From assembly GCA_036229005.1 (NCBI GenBank), contig JAZAMN010000006.1:64001-128000 (forward strand): 64,000 nucleotides of DNA, read 5' to 3'. The DNA comes from Myxococcota bacterium. GTDB taxonomy: Bacteria; Myxococcota_A; UBA796; CAJQPC01. Below, piece by piece: positions 29,327-37,633 of the stretch (position 1 is its first letter; every line of letters starts with the position of its first letter). The position numbers and the translations under genes were made by a program. Below the pieces are notes generated by a model. It was not told the DNA's origin and did no database searches. It saw only the letters and a list, made by a program, of their open reading frames with translations.

Positions 29327-29963
29327 GCGCGCCTGGTGGGGCCAGGACCTTCCCTACGGCCCCACCCTCGAGCGTCAGGAGAAGCGGCGCTCTCTGCGGC
29401 AGGAGGGGGGCTGTGAGGACCTGTTGGCTGGCTTGGTCCACCGCTCGGTCATCACGACCGGGAAGCGCTCTGTGCAGCAGCTCCCCAGCGAGGACTGGCT
29501 GAGGCGGAACGACACCGAGCTCCACGCCACCAACCGGGGCGGCCTGGCCACCTGGCACGGCCCGGGGCAGCTCGTTGGCTACCTCATCGCGGATCTGCGC
29601 GGCTGGGGCGTCCGGCGCACGGTCAACGCCCTGGAGCAGGGCTTGATCGACTGGCTGGCGGGCAGGGGAGTGGTCGCCGGGCGTCGGGAGGGCTTCCCAG
29701 GGGTCTGGGTGGCCGGAGGCAAGATCGCGGCCATTGGTCTGAACGTGCAGAAGGGTGTGAGCGTCCATGGATTCGCTTTGAATCTGCGTGTGCAGACGTC
29801 TGCGTGGGATGCCATCGTGCCCTGTGGCATCCAAGATGCAGGTCCAATCAGCCTTCACGAGCTGCAGGAGGGGGCCCCTGGACCGGTCCAGGCCTGGCCT
29901 GCGATCGCGGAGGTGATCCACTCTCGCCTCTCATCCCTTGACGCAGTGTGTGGGGGGCGCTAA
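29316..29963 (+). CDS. lipB: Octanoyl(lipoyl) transferase LipB
   Basis: RGGLATWHGPGQLVGY, GVWV..KIAAIG, HGFALN, IVPCGI; GTG start inferred. Confidence 0.93.
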   Translation: MGLERAWWGQDLPYGPTLERQEKRRSLRQEGGCEDLLAGLVHRSVITTGKRSVQQLPSEDWLRRNDTELHATNRGGLATWHGPGQLVGYLIADLRGWGVRRTVNALEQGLIDWLAGRGVVAGRREGFPGVWVAGGKIAAIGLNVQKGVSVHGFALNLRVQTSAWDAIVPCGIQDAGPISLHELQEGAPGPVQAWPAIAEVIHSRLSSLDAVCGGR

Positions 29964-29966
29964 AAG
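29938..29966 (+). promoter_or_regulatory. Sigma70-type promoter for tRNA-Val
   Basis: TTGACG-17 nt-TAAAAG. Confidence 0.65.
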
Positions 29967-29998
29967 GCATGGGCTCGCAGCGAGCACCCACACTTTGA

Positions 29999-30073
29999 AG
30001 GCATGTAGCTCAGTGGGAGAGCATCGTCCTGACACGGCGAGGGTCGGCGGTTCGAACCCGCCCATGCCTACCA
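29999..30073 (+). tRNA. tRNA-Val (GAC)
   Basis: AGGCATG/CATGCCT acceptor stem, TAGCTCAG D-arm, CT-GAC-AC loop, GTTCGAA T-loop, encoded CCA. Confidence 0.97.
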
Positions 30074-30078
30074 TCCTG

Positions 30079-30106
30079 AACGCGGGGCATCTGCCCCGCG
30101 TTTTTT
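30079..30106 (+). terminator. Rho-independent terminator after tRNA-Val
   Basis: AACGCGGGGCA-TC-TGCCCCGCGTT followed by T run. Confidence 0.8.
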
Positions 30107-30138
30107 CTGACAACGCTCACCTCCTCCGGAGAGTCGAA

Positions 30139-30336
30139 ATGCCCAAGATGAAGACGAACCGGGGTGCGGCCAAGCGCTTCTCCAAGACCGCCAAGGGCAA
30201 GGTCAAGTTCAAGCGCGCAAAGATGCGCCACATCCTGACCAAGAAGAACAGCAACTGGCAGCGCAAGGCGCGCGCCGGGGCCACCATGTGTGACGCCGAC
30301 GCCAAGCTGGTTCGCAACCTCATCCCCTACAAGTAG
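30139..30336 (+). CDS. rpmI: 50S ribosomal protein L35
   Basis: MPKMKTNRGAAKRF..T..GK, RHILTKK. Confidence 0.97.
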   Translation: MPKMKTNRGAAKRFSKTAKGKVKFKRAKMRHILTKKNSNWQRKARAGATMCDADAKLVRNLIPYK

Positions 30337-30404
30337 CATCCCGCTACCGACCTGCCGTCACCGTCAGCTGAGCTGGCCGGAAATCGGCAACAAAAGGAGT
30401 CGAC

Positions 30405-30764
30405 ATGGCACGCATCAAGAACGCCAAGATCCGCAAGACCCGTCGCAAGAAGCTCTTCAAGAAGGCCTCTGGCTTCTGGGGTAGCCGCGGCAACACCTTC
30501 CGCCAGGCCACCGAGGCCGTGATGAAGGCGGAGTCCTACGCCTTCCGTGGGCGTAAGGAGAAGAAGCGCTACTTCCGCCGTCTGTGGATCGTGCGCATCA
30601 ACGCGGCTCTGGTCTCCCACGACCTCAAGTACAGCCGCTTCATCCACGGCCTCAAGCAGGCTGGCGTGGAGCTGGACCGCAAGGCCCTGGCCCACCTGGC
30701 GATGCACGAGCCCGAGGCCTTCGGCGCCGTGGTCGAGCAGGCCAAGGCAGCGCTGGCCGCGTGA
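30405..30764 (+). CDS. rplT: 50S ribosomal protein L20
   Basis: [32 protein letters not shown]. Confidence 0.98.
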   Translation: MARIKNAKIRKTRRKKLFKKASGFWGSRGNTFRQATEAVMKAESYAFRGRKEKKRYFRRLWIVRINAALVSHDLKYSRFIHGLKQAGVELDRKALAHLAMHEPEAFGAVVEQAKAALAA

Positions 30765-31243
30765 GCCGAGCTTCCCGGGCTGCGGCCTGGTCGCTGACCG
30801 CCCTCTTTCTGGGGGCGGCAGACTGCTCCAGCTCGGAGCAGGATCTGAGCCGCTTCAACCAAGAAGACAGCTTCGACGTCTCCATTGGGCAGGAAATCCT
30901 CCCCGTGGCAGACGTCGTGTTGTTTTCGTCCACCGGTAGCGTCGAGGTCGGCTCCGCCACCTTGGACCCCGGTGGCGGTCCTGTGGGGACCCTCCACACC
31001 CTCCAGGTCTGGGTGGACGCAGACTACGCCGACCAGGTCGATGCTGCCAGCGTGCAGGTCGACTCGGGTGAGCGGGGGACGCGCACGCTGGATCTGGTCC
31101 CGGACTCCGCGGATGAGCGCCTCTACTGGCTGGAGCTCCAGTCCGTCGGGGAGGAAGGCGAGGTCCGCACGGACACCTTCACCATTCAGCTCTGGGATGC
31201 GCTCGACGAGGACGACGAGTCCTCCTCGAGCGACGAGGAATGA
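30761..31243 (+). CDS. Exported acidic protein/possible lipoprotein, unknown function
   Basis: GTG overlaps rplT stop (GTGA); signal-like N-terminus ending LGAADC; good codon bias. Confidence 0.65.
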   Translation: MSRASRAAAWSLTALFLGAADCSSSEQDLSRFNQEDSFDVSIGQEILPVADVVLFSSTGSVEVGSATLDPGGGPVGTLHTLQVWVDADYADQVDAASVQVDSGERGTRTLDLVPDSADERLYWLELQSVGEEGEVRTDTFTIQLWDALDEDDESSSSDEE

Positions 31244-31309
31244 GCCTAGGTGCCGGCTGAGCCGGCAAGGAGCGCAGCAGTGCCCCACACCCCTGAAGCC
31301 AAGCGGACC

Positions 31310-31603
31310 ATGACCAAGGCGGACCTGGTCGAGCGGGTCTACGAGCAGGTCGGCTTCTCCAAGAAGGAAGCCGCTCAGGTTGTGGAGTCTGTCTTCGAGA
31401 CCATGAAGCAGACCCTGGAGACCGGAGACAAGATCAAGATCTCCGGCTTTGGCAGCTTCCTGGTCCGGGAGAAGGAGGCTCGTCGGGGCCGCAACCCCCA
31501 GACCAGCGAGAGCCTCGTGATCCCCGCTCGTCGGGTGCTGGTCTTCAAGCCCTCGCAGGTGCTGCGGGCTGCCCTGAACGAGGATGAAGGGAGCCTCCAG
31601 TGA
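31310..31603 (+). CDS. ihfA: Integration host factor alpha
   Basis: MTKADL, KISGFGSF, GRNPQT, RRVLVFKPS; followed by a MerR-family gene. Confidence 0.93.
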   Translation: MTKADLVERVYEQVGFSKKEAAQVVESVFETMKQTLETGDKIKISGFGSFLVREKEARRGRNPQTSESLVIPARRVLVFKPSQVLRAALNEDEGSLQ

Positions 31604-31974
31604 GCGAAGAAGGGCCCAAGATCCCAGACAAGCTCTACTTCCGGATCGGAGAGGTCTCGGAGCTTGTAGGCGTGGAGCCCCACGTCCTGCGCTACTGGGA
31701 GGGTGAGTTCCGCATGCGTCCGCACCGCTCCTCGTCGGGGCAGCGGCTCTACCGGAAGCGGGACATCGCGCGCTTCCTCAAGGTCAAGAAGCTCCTCCAC
31801 ACGGAGGGCTTCACCATCGCGGGTGCCCGCAAGGCGCTCAACGGTGGTGGCCGGGCTTCTGCGGGGGAGGCCGCGATCGATCTGGACCGGATCCGGGAGG
31901 CCGCAGCGCGTCTTCAGGGGCTTCGGCAGCAGATCCGGGCACTTCGGGACGAGGTGTCCACCTTTGGCGCCTGA
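31600..31974 (+). CDS. MerR-family regulator (ihfA-associated type)
   Basis: IPDKLYFRIGEVS..PHVLRYWE, GQRLY, GFTIAGA. Confidence 0.93.
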   Translation: MSEEGPKIPDKLYFRIGEVSELVGVEPHVLRYWEGEFRMRPHRSSSGQRLYRKRDIARFLKVKKLLHTEGFTIAGARKALNGGGRASAGEAAIDLDRIREAAARLQGLRQQIRALRDEVSTFGA

Positions 31975-31989
31975 GTGGATCCTTGGCCC

Positions 31990-32018
31990 TTGACGGGGCT
32001 TGGTTCCGGGGCTAAATG
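31990..32018 (+). promoter_or_regulatory. Sigma70-type promoter for tRNA-Pro
   Basis: TTGACG-17 nt-TAAATG, 12 nt upstream of the tRNA. Confidence 0.65.
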
Positions 32019-32030
32019 CCGAAGGCTTTT

Positions 32031-32107
32031 CGGGGCGTAGCGCAGTCTGGTAGCGCACTTGACTGGGGGTCAAGTGGTCGCTGGTTCGAATCCAGTCGCC
32101 CCGACCA
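32031..32107 (+). tRNA. tRNA-Pro (GGG), copy 1
   Basis: CGGGGCG/CGCCCCG acceptor, CTTGA-CT-GGG-GG-TCAAG anticodon arm, GTTCGAA, CCA. Confidence 0.97.
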
Positions 32108-32149
32108 TAAGAGCCCTCCTCGCGCAAGCGGGGAGGGCTTCCCGCCCAC

Positions 32150-32226
32150 CGGGGCGTAGCGCAGTCTGGTAGCGCACTTGACTGGGGGTCAAGTGGTCGC
32201 TGGTTCGAATCCAGTCGCCCCGACCA
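32150..32226 (+). tRNA. tRNA-Pro (GGG), copy 2, identical to copy 1
   Basis: Same 77-nt sequence. Confidence 0.95.
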
Positions 32227-32231
32227 TAGAG

Positions 32232-32260
32232 ACCCTCCTCGCGAAAGCGGGGAGGGTTTT
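32232..32260 (+). terminator. Rho-independent terminator (copies at 32354-32382 and 32463-32491; weaker variant at 32112-32140)
   Basis: 11-bp stem, GAAA loop, TTTT tail. Confidence 0.8.
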
Positions 32261-32293
32261 CTACTTCAGCCCCGCGGAGCCCCGGCAGGCCCC

Positions 32294-32348
32294 GGGGGTC
32301 AAATGGCCGCTGAGTTGCACACGCGTTCGAATCCAGTCGCCCCGACCA
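32294..32348 (+). pseudogene. Degenerate tRNA-Pro remnant (3' half with 12-nt insertion)
   Basis: GGGGGTCAAATGGCCGCTG resembles tRNA GGGGGTCAAGTGGTCGCTG, then AGTTGCACACGC, then the exact last 24 nt of the tRNA. Confidence 0.7.
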
Positions 32349-32536
32349 TAGAGACCCTCCTCGCGAAAGCGGGGAGGGTTTTCTACTTCAGCCCCGTGGA
32401 GCCCCGGCAGGCCCCGGGGGTCCAGTGGCCGCTGAGTTGCACACGCCGCCCCGACCATAGAGACCCTCCTCGCGAAAGCGGGGAGGGTTTTCTACTCCCG
32501 GTCCCGGCGGTCTCCTCACTCCGGCCCCGCGATACG

Positions 32537-32974
32537 ATGTCCACCCCCAGCCCGGAGCCTCGCATGTGGACCCTGCGTGACATCCCTGGAAAGCCCGCAC
32601 TCCTCTCACCCCAGTGCCTGCGCTGGAAGCTGTCCTGCACCACCCTCGTCGGCGGGGACGGGAGGCGGCGGGACTGGTGGCACTGGAGCTCGAGGGGAGA
32701 CCTTGAGCCGGTGCCCAGGCGCACGCGGCTGGGGGTCTGTGTGGACGAGGACGGCGCTCTGACCTTCGTCGGACGATACGAGCAGGGGACACTTCGCCAG
32801 GGGCTCCACATCGCGGCAGAGCGCAAGCTGGCGTTGCTTGACCAGGGGCGCGCCGCGACCAGCTACCGAAAGGGCGTGCTGGAGCTGAGCAGCCCCTGGA
32901 GCGAGGGGCAGGAGGTAGGTCGGGGCATCGACTACCACCAATGGGTCAAGCGCTGCATCTCCGACATCGTCTGA
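32537..32974 (+). CDS. Hypothetical protein
   Basis: Fills the gap between the tRNA array and a convergent HEAT gene; moderate codon bias; no recognised motif. Confidence 0.45.
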   Translation: MSTPSPEPRMWTLRDIPGKPALLSPQCLRWKLSCTTLVGGDGRRRDWWHWSSRGDLEPVPRRTRLGVCVDEDGALTFVGRYEQGTLRQGLHIAAERKLALLDQGRAATSYRKGVLELSSPWSEGQEVGRGIDYHQWVKRCISDIV

Positions 32975-32999
32975 GCAGTGGGCGCCAGCGAGGTCGGGC

Positions 33000-33380
33000 T
33001 CAGCTCCCCAGGTGGGCCAGCGCCTCTCGGGCGGCGATGCGTACCTCGGCGTCCATGTCGTCCAGGCGGGCGCGTAGCGCGGGCAGGGCGTCCTTGGCGC
33101 GGAGATCTTCCAAGGAGCGGCAGGCCTCGGCGCGCACAGCGGCCTCTGGGTCGTCCAGGGCCTTCATCAGGGGCGGGATGGCCCGCTTGTCGCCAGAGAA
33201 GCCCATGAGCTGCACCGCATAGAAGCGGCGCAGGGTGTCCTTGGCGAACACCTTGTAGGCGGACACCAGGTCGGGGAGGGCTTCACCCCGGTCGAAGAGC
33301 ACGGCGTCAAAGGCCGCATCGCGCTCGATGGGGTCAGGGTCCCCCATGCGACGGAACAGGTCGGCATAGCGTGGGCGCAT
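33000..33380 (-). CDS. HEAT-repeat protein
   Basis: AIPPLMKALDDPEAAVRAEACRSL, ALPALRARLDD..EVRIAAREAL. Confidence 0.85.
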   Translation of the reverse strand: MRPRYADLFRRMGDPDPIERDAAFDAVLFDRGEALPDLVSAYKVFAKDTLRRFYAVQLMGFSGDKRAIPPLMKALDDPEAAVRAEACRSLEDLRAKDALPALRARLDDMDAEVRIAAREALAHLGS

Positions 33381-33478
33381 GCACACTCGCGGGCGGGAAA
33401 GGTGAGACGAAGTATGCAGCCACAGGCGCCGGTGCCACTTCGGATCCTGCGCTAAGACAGATGCACAGCGGAGCTCAG

Positions 33479-34228
33479 ATGCGCATCCTGGTCAGCAACG
33501 ATGACGGCTACTTTGCCGGCGGAATCGCCCCCTTGGTGGAGGCCCTCCAGGCCCTCGGCGAGGTGTGGGTGGTCGCCCCGGAGCAGGAGCAGTCGGCCAA
33601 GTCCCACTCCCTGACCATGTGGGAGCCGCTGCGGGTGCGGCAGCACGGGGCGGGGCGCTACTCCGTGGGTGGCACCCCGGCCGACTGCGTGTACCTCGCC
33701 CTGCATGAGTTGCTCCCGGAGCGGCCAGATCTGGTGGTCAGTGGCATCAACCGGGGCTCCAACCTGGGCAACGATGTCCTCTACAGCGGCACGGTCGCGG
33801 CGGCGATGGAGGCTTGCCTGCATGGCGTGCCGGCGCTCGCCGTGAGCCTGCACCTGGAGCCCGAGCAAGACCAGCAGCACTGGGGCAGCGCAGCCTCGCT
33901 CGCTCAGCGCGTGGCCGCACAGATCCTGGAGCGTGGCCTCCCGCGCCGCAAGCTCCTGAACCTGAACGTGCCGAACCTTCCGCTGGCGGAGATCCAGGGC
34001 ATCCGACCTTCCCGGCTCGGGGAGCGCAGCTATGAAGACCTCGTCGACAAGCGACTCGACCCCCGGGGCAAGCCCTACTACTGGATCGGCGGTGGGCCGA
34101 ACGCATTCTGCGGGGAGCCCGACACAGATGGGCCCCTCATGGCCCAGGGCTGGGCGAGCCTCACGCCGCTGTCGCCTGACCTCACGGACGAGGCGCAGCT
34201 TGAGCGCCTCAAGTTCTGGAGCTTCTGA
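33479..34228 (+). CDS. surE: 5'/3'-nucleotidase SurE
   Basis: ILVSNDDG, GTPADCV, SGINRGSNLG, YSGTVAAA, LNLNVP. Confidence 0.97.
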   Translation: MRILVSNDDGYFAGGIAPLVEALQALGEVWVVAPEQEQSAKSHSLTMWEPLRVRQHGAGRYSVGGTPADCVYLALHELLPERPDLVVSGINRGSNLGNDVLYSGTVAAAMEACLHGVPALAVSLHLEPEQDQQHWGSAASLAQRVAAQILERGLPRRKLLNLNVPNLPLAEIQGIRPSRLGERSYEDLVDKRLDPRGKPYYWIGGGPNAFCGEPDTDGPLMAQGWASLTPLSPDLTDEAQLERLKFWSF

Positions 34229-34876
34229 TCAGGCGCCGACCAGGCCCTTGATGAAGGGCTTCACGGTGGTCTCCACGGCCTCCGGGCCCTGTGTGACCGC
34301 CACGTAGATCGCCCCGGCCGCGATCGCGATGGCCACCGGGGCGAGCAGCAGCCCGAAGGCCAGCAGCAGGCCGTCCTCCTCCAGCATGCCGGCCGCCAGC
34401 ACAAAGATCACAAAGCTCGGCGCTGTGTTGGTCAGCGGGATGGGCAGGGACATGGAGGCGGCGCAGAGCCCGATGCTCAGCGCGACGCCCGCCAGGAAGG
34501 TCCGGTTGCGGGCCAGCCCGCTCAGACGCGGCTTCACCAACAGCTCGACCACGCGCAGCAGGAAGCCGCCGTTCTTCACGGAGAACGCCAGCAGCTTGTA
34601 GGACACCTTGCGGCCCCGGAGCCGCTCGGGGAACCAAGGGGTGGGCCGGCCGCGGATCATCTGCCAGGCCAGGCCCAGGATGAGGATCCCGAAGGGGGTC
34701 GCGTAGCCGGGGGCGGGCAGGGGGAGCGCAGCGGGCATGGCCAGGATGAGCAGCAACAGCCCGAAGCCCCGATCGCCGATGCGGTCGATCAGCAGGCCCA
34801 GGGTCAGATCCTGACCGTCCAGCTCCTGAACAAGGGTGCGCAGCTCGGTGGACAGATTGTGGGAGGTCTCAGACAC
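34229..34876 (-). CDS. exoD: ExoD-family membrane protein
   Basis: GDRGFGLL, PWFPE, LPIPLTNTAP, LEEDG. Confidence 0.88.
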   Translation of the reverse strand: MSETSHNLSTELRTLVQELDGQDLTLGLLIDRIGDRGFGLLLLILAMPAALPLPAPGYATPFGILILGLAWQMIRGRPTPWFPERLRGRKVSYKLLAFSVKNGGFLLRVVELLVKPRLSGLARNRTFLAGVALSIGLCAASMSLPIPLTNTAPSFVIFVLAAGMLEEDGLLLAFGLLLAPVAIAIAAGAIYVAVTQGPEAVETTVKPFIKGLVGA

Positions 34877-34940
34877 CCCGGGGGTCTAACCCACCCGAGA
34901 GCCTTGGGGGGTGTACACTCCCACTCCCCAAGGAGGACCC

Positions 34941-35468
34941 ATGGCCAGCCTGTCCGAGCGCATCTCCGCCACGATCCGCGACGTGCCCGACTTCCCCAAG
35001 CCCGGCATCCTGTTCAAGGACATCACGCCCGTGTTGGCGGACGCCGCCCTGATGCAGGAGATCAACCAGGCCATGCTCGCCTTCGCCAAGGAGCAGGGCG
35101 CCGAGGCCGTGGTCGGCATGGAGTCCCGCGGCTTTCTCTTCGGCGTGCCCCTGGCCATGGAGCTCGGCGTACCCTTCGCGCCGGCTCGCAAGCCCGGCAA
35201 GCTGCCCTACCAGAGCGTCGGCTACGAGTACGAGCTGGAGTACGGCTCCAACCGCCTGGAGCTGCACGTCGACGCCGTGAAGAAGGGCCAGCGCGTCCTC
35301 ATCGTCGATGACCTCTTGGCCACCGGTGGCACCGCAGACGCCACCGCCCGTCTGGTCCGGGAGCTCGGCGCCGAGGTCGTTGGCTTCGCCTTCCTTGTGG
35401 AGCTCAACTTCCTGGAGGGCGCCAAGGCCCTCGGCGGCGTGCCCCACTGCTCCCTCGTCCAGTACTGA
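34941..35468 (+). CDS. apt: Adenine phosphoribosyltransferase
   Basis: IRDVPDFPKPGILFKDIT, ESRGF, RKPGKLP, VDDLLATGGT. Confidence 0.97.
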   Translation: MASLSERISATIRDVPDFPKPGILFKDITPVLADAALMQEINQAMLAFAKEQGAEAVVGMESRGFLFGVPLAMELGVPFAPARKPGKLPYQSVGYEYELEYGSNRLELHVDAVKKGQRVLIVDDLLATGGTADATARLVRELGAEVVGFAFLVELNFLEGAKALGGVPHCSLVQY

Positions 35469-35509
35469 GCCGTCAGAGCGCGAGTGCCGCCGGGCTCCTG
35501 CTCCTGGCG

Positions 35510-37033
35510 GTGCTCGTTGTCTACGGGCGCGCTCTGGGCTTCGGGTTCGTCTACGACGACCAGGCCCTCATCGCGGACAACCCCGCGCTGCAGAACTGGA
35601 GCACCCTGCCCGAGGCCCTGCGCAGCGAGCTCTTCCACTTCGCGCCCGGGGTGCGGCCCAGCCCCTATTGGCGCCCGTGGATCAACCTCAGCTACTACGT
35701 GGACCACGCCCTCGGCGGCGGCCTCGCGTGGGCCTTCCATCTGCACAACCTGCTCCTGGTGTGGGGCGGGGGGCTGCTCTTGTGGCGGCTGCTGCGGGTG
35801 GAGTTCTTGGTCCCAGCGCCCCAGGCGCTCCCCCTCAGCCTCGCGTGGGTGCTTCACCCGCTGCTGCTGGAGCCCGTCGCCAACATCGCGAGCCGCCCGG
35901 ATCTCTGGGCCGCGTTCTGGATGCTGCTCGCCCTCCAGGCTCGGTCGCGCCCTGTGCTGATCCTGGCGACCACGCTCGCCTGCCTCAGCAAGGAGCTCGG
36001 TGTGCTCCTGGTGCCTCTCGGTGTCCTCGCCGATGCGCAGAGGTCGCCCCAGGAGCGTCGAGGGGACTGGCCCTTCCAGGTCGGTGTGGTCGTGATCTTC
36101 GTGGGCCTGCGTGCCCTCCTCGTCCCGTCCTCCGTTCCGCCGGATGCGGCCTCTCTGCTGGAGGCTGGGCACCGCAGCCTGCTGTTGCTCTCGCGGGTCC
36201 TGATCCCGACGCCGCTGGCGCCTGCCGCGACCCTCCCCCAGGCAGCACCCTGGCTGGCTGCGCTGAGCTGGCTGCTGCTGGCCGGGGTGACCACCGCTCT
36301 TGGGCTTCACAAGCGGCTGTGGAGCGGCGCCGTGCTCTTGCTGGGGCCTGTGCTCATGGTGTCTGGCGTCCTCAGCGCCGAGACCCGCTACGGAGACGGG
36401 CTGCTGACCCTGTCGGTCCTGGGGGCGGTCTTGCTGCTGGCGGAGGCCGTGAAGGAGAGGGGAGTCTGGGCCGCTCGGGTGCTGTGGGGCCTACCGCTCC
36501 TGGGGGCGATCCACGGCACAATGCGCATCACCGAGTGGTCCGACGAGGTCACGCTCTGGCGATCCGCGCACGCGCGTCATCCCACAGATCCGGTGCTCCG
36601 CCTGCGTCTGGCGCGCAGTCTGGTGGAGCTCGCGCCGGCCGAGGCCCTGGCGCTGCAGCCCGCCTCGGACATGCCGGAGTCCCTGCAGCGGGAGGGCTGG
36701 GAGGTCCAAGGCCGGGCGCACCTGAACCTGGGGGAGGCTGAGCCGGCGCTCAACAGCCTGCTGAACGCAGTCGGCGACAACGAGGAGAGCCTCTGGGCCG
36801 CGGAGACGGCGTGCTCGCTGGCCGCTCAAGCCGGGGACCTCCGAGGGCTGTCTGCCTGCGCGACCGCTCTGGAGGTCGGGCCCCCGGCGCCAGGCCTCTA
36901 CAACAACCTGGGCGTGCTGCTCATGGTCGCCGGCCAGCCAGAGGCGGGGGCGGAGATGTTCGCGTCAGGGTGTGCGCTGGCGGCCTCGCCCGATGACCCG
37001 GTCTGTGCGAACGCAGCGCGAGCGGGCCGCTGA
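35510..37033 (+). CDS. TMTC-like GT-C membrane glycosyltransferase with TPR tail (start may be CTG at 35465)
   Basis: FVYDD..I.DNP, YWRP, HLHNLLL, LHPLLLEPVANIASR.D, SKE, W.DE.TLW, TPRs (YNNLG). Confidence 0.8.
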   Translation: MLVVYGRALGFGFVYDDQALIADNPALQNWSTLPEALRSELFHFAPGVRPSPYWRPWINLSYYVDHALGGGLAWAFHLHNLLLVWGGGLLLWRLLRVEFLVPAPQALPLSLAWVLHPLLLEPVANIASRPDLWAAFWMLLALQARSRPVLILATTLACLSKELGVLLVPLGVLADAQRSPQERRGDWPFQVGVVVIFVGLRALLVPSSVPPDAASLLEAGHRSLLLLSRVLIPTPLAPAATLPQAAPWLAALSWLLLAGVTTALGLHKRLWSGAVLLLGPVLMVSGVLSAETRYGDGLLTLSVLGAVLLLAEAVKERGVWAARVLWGLPLLGAIHGTMRITEWSDEVTLWRSAHARHPTDPVLRLRLARSLVELAPAEALALQPASDMPESLQREGWEVQGRAHLNLGEAEPALNSLLNAVGDNEESLWAAETACSLAAQAGDLRGLSACATALEVGPPAPGLYNNLGVLLMVAGQPEAGAEMFASGCALAASPDDPVCANAARAGR

Positions 37034-37036
37034 GCC

Positions 37037-37633
37037 TCAGAACTCCAGGGTCTCCCAGGCGGCGAGTGTAGCGGCCTCCAGAGCCTGCAGGTCCCCGTCG
37101 TTCCGGATGACCACCGTCGCGACGGCCTCCTTGCGCTCCAGAGGGAGCTGCGTGTCCAGCCACTGCTGGGCCTGGGGCTCGGAGAGGTTCTCGCGCGCCA
37201 TCAAGCGAGCGAGCTGCACGGCGGGGGCGGCGCTGACGACAATCAGGTGGTCGTAGAGGCGGTAGGAGCCGGTCTCCACCAGCAGGGCGGCCTCGACCAC
37301 AGCCACCGCGGCGCCGGCGCTGTTCAGGGCCAGCAGGCGGGCTTCGATCTCCTCACGGATCAGCGGGTGGGTGAGGCGCTCAAGCCGGCGGCGCGCGCTC
37401 TTGTCGCTGACGACGATCTCACCGAGCTTCTTGCGGTCCAGTGCGCCGTCGGTCCGGAGGATGTCGGGTCCGAACTCGGAGACGAGCTCGGCCAGCCCGG
37501 GCGTGCCCAGGGCCACGACATCGCGGGAGACCTGGTCGGCGTCGATGACGGGGACGTTCAGGGACTCCCGGAGGATGGTGGCGACGGTGCTCTTGCCGGT
37601 GGCGATGCCGCCGGTCAGTCCGATGGTGATCAC
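37037..37633 (-). CDS. coaE: Dephospho-CoA kinase
   Basis: IGLTGGIATGKST, IDAD, LDRKKLG, THPLI, ALLVE. Confidence 0.96.
   Translation of the reverse strand: MITIGLTGGIATGKSTVATILRESLNVPVIDADQVSRDVVALGTPGLAELVSEFGPDILRTDGALDRKKLGEIVVSDKSARRRLERLTHPLIREEIEARLLALNSAGAAVAVVEAALLVETGSYRLYDHLIVVSAAPAVQLARLMARENLSEPQAQQWLDTQLPLERKEAVATVVIRNDGDLQALEAATLAAWETLEF

Larger units (their letters stand above)
32031..32496 (+). repeat. Four-unit tandem array of tRNA-Pro (whole or 3' remnant) plus GNRA hairpin
   Basis: CGCCCCGACCA ends at 32107, 32226, 32348 and 32457 (periods 119, 122, 109 nt); each is followed by CCCTCCTCGC-G[C/A]AA-GCGGGGAGGG. Confidence 0.95.

Noticed and set aside
32325..32348. attR of an intact integrated element
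   Set aside because: Only about 100 nt separate it from the tRNA and no integrase or phage gene is present; at most a scar
32108..32496. Repeat-spacer pattern resembling a CRISPR array
   Set aside because: The 'spacers' are a tRNA or near-identical copies of each other; the repeat is a terminator; no cas genes
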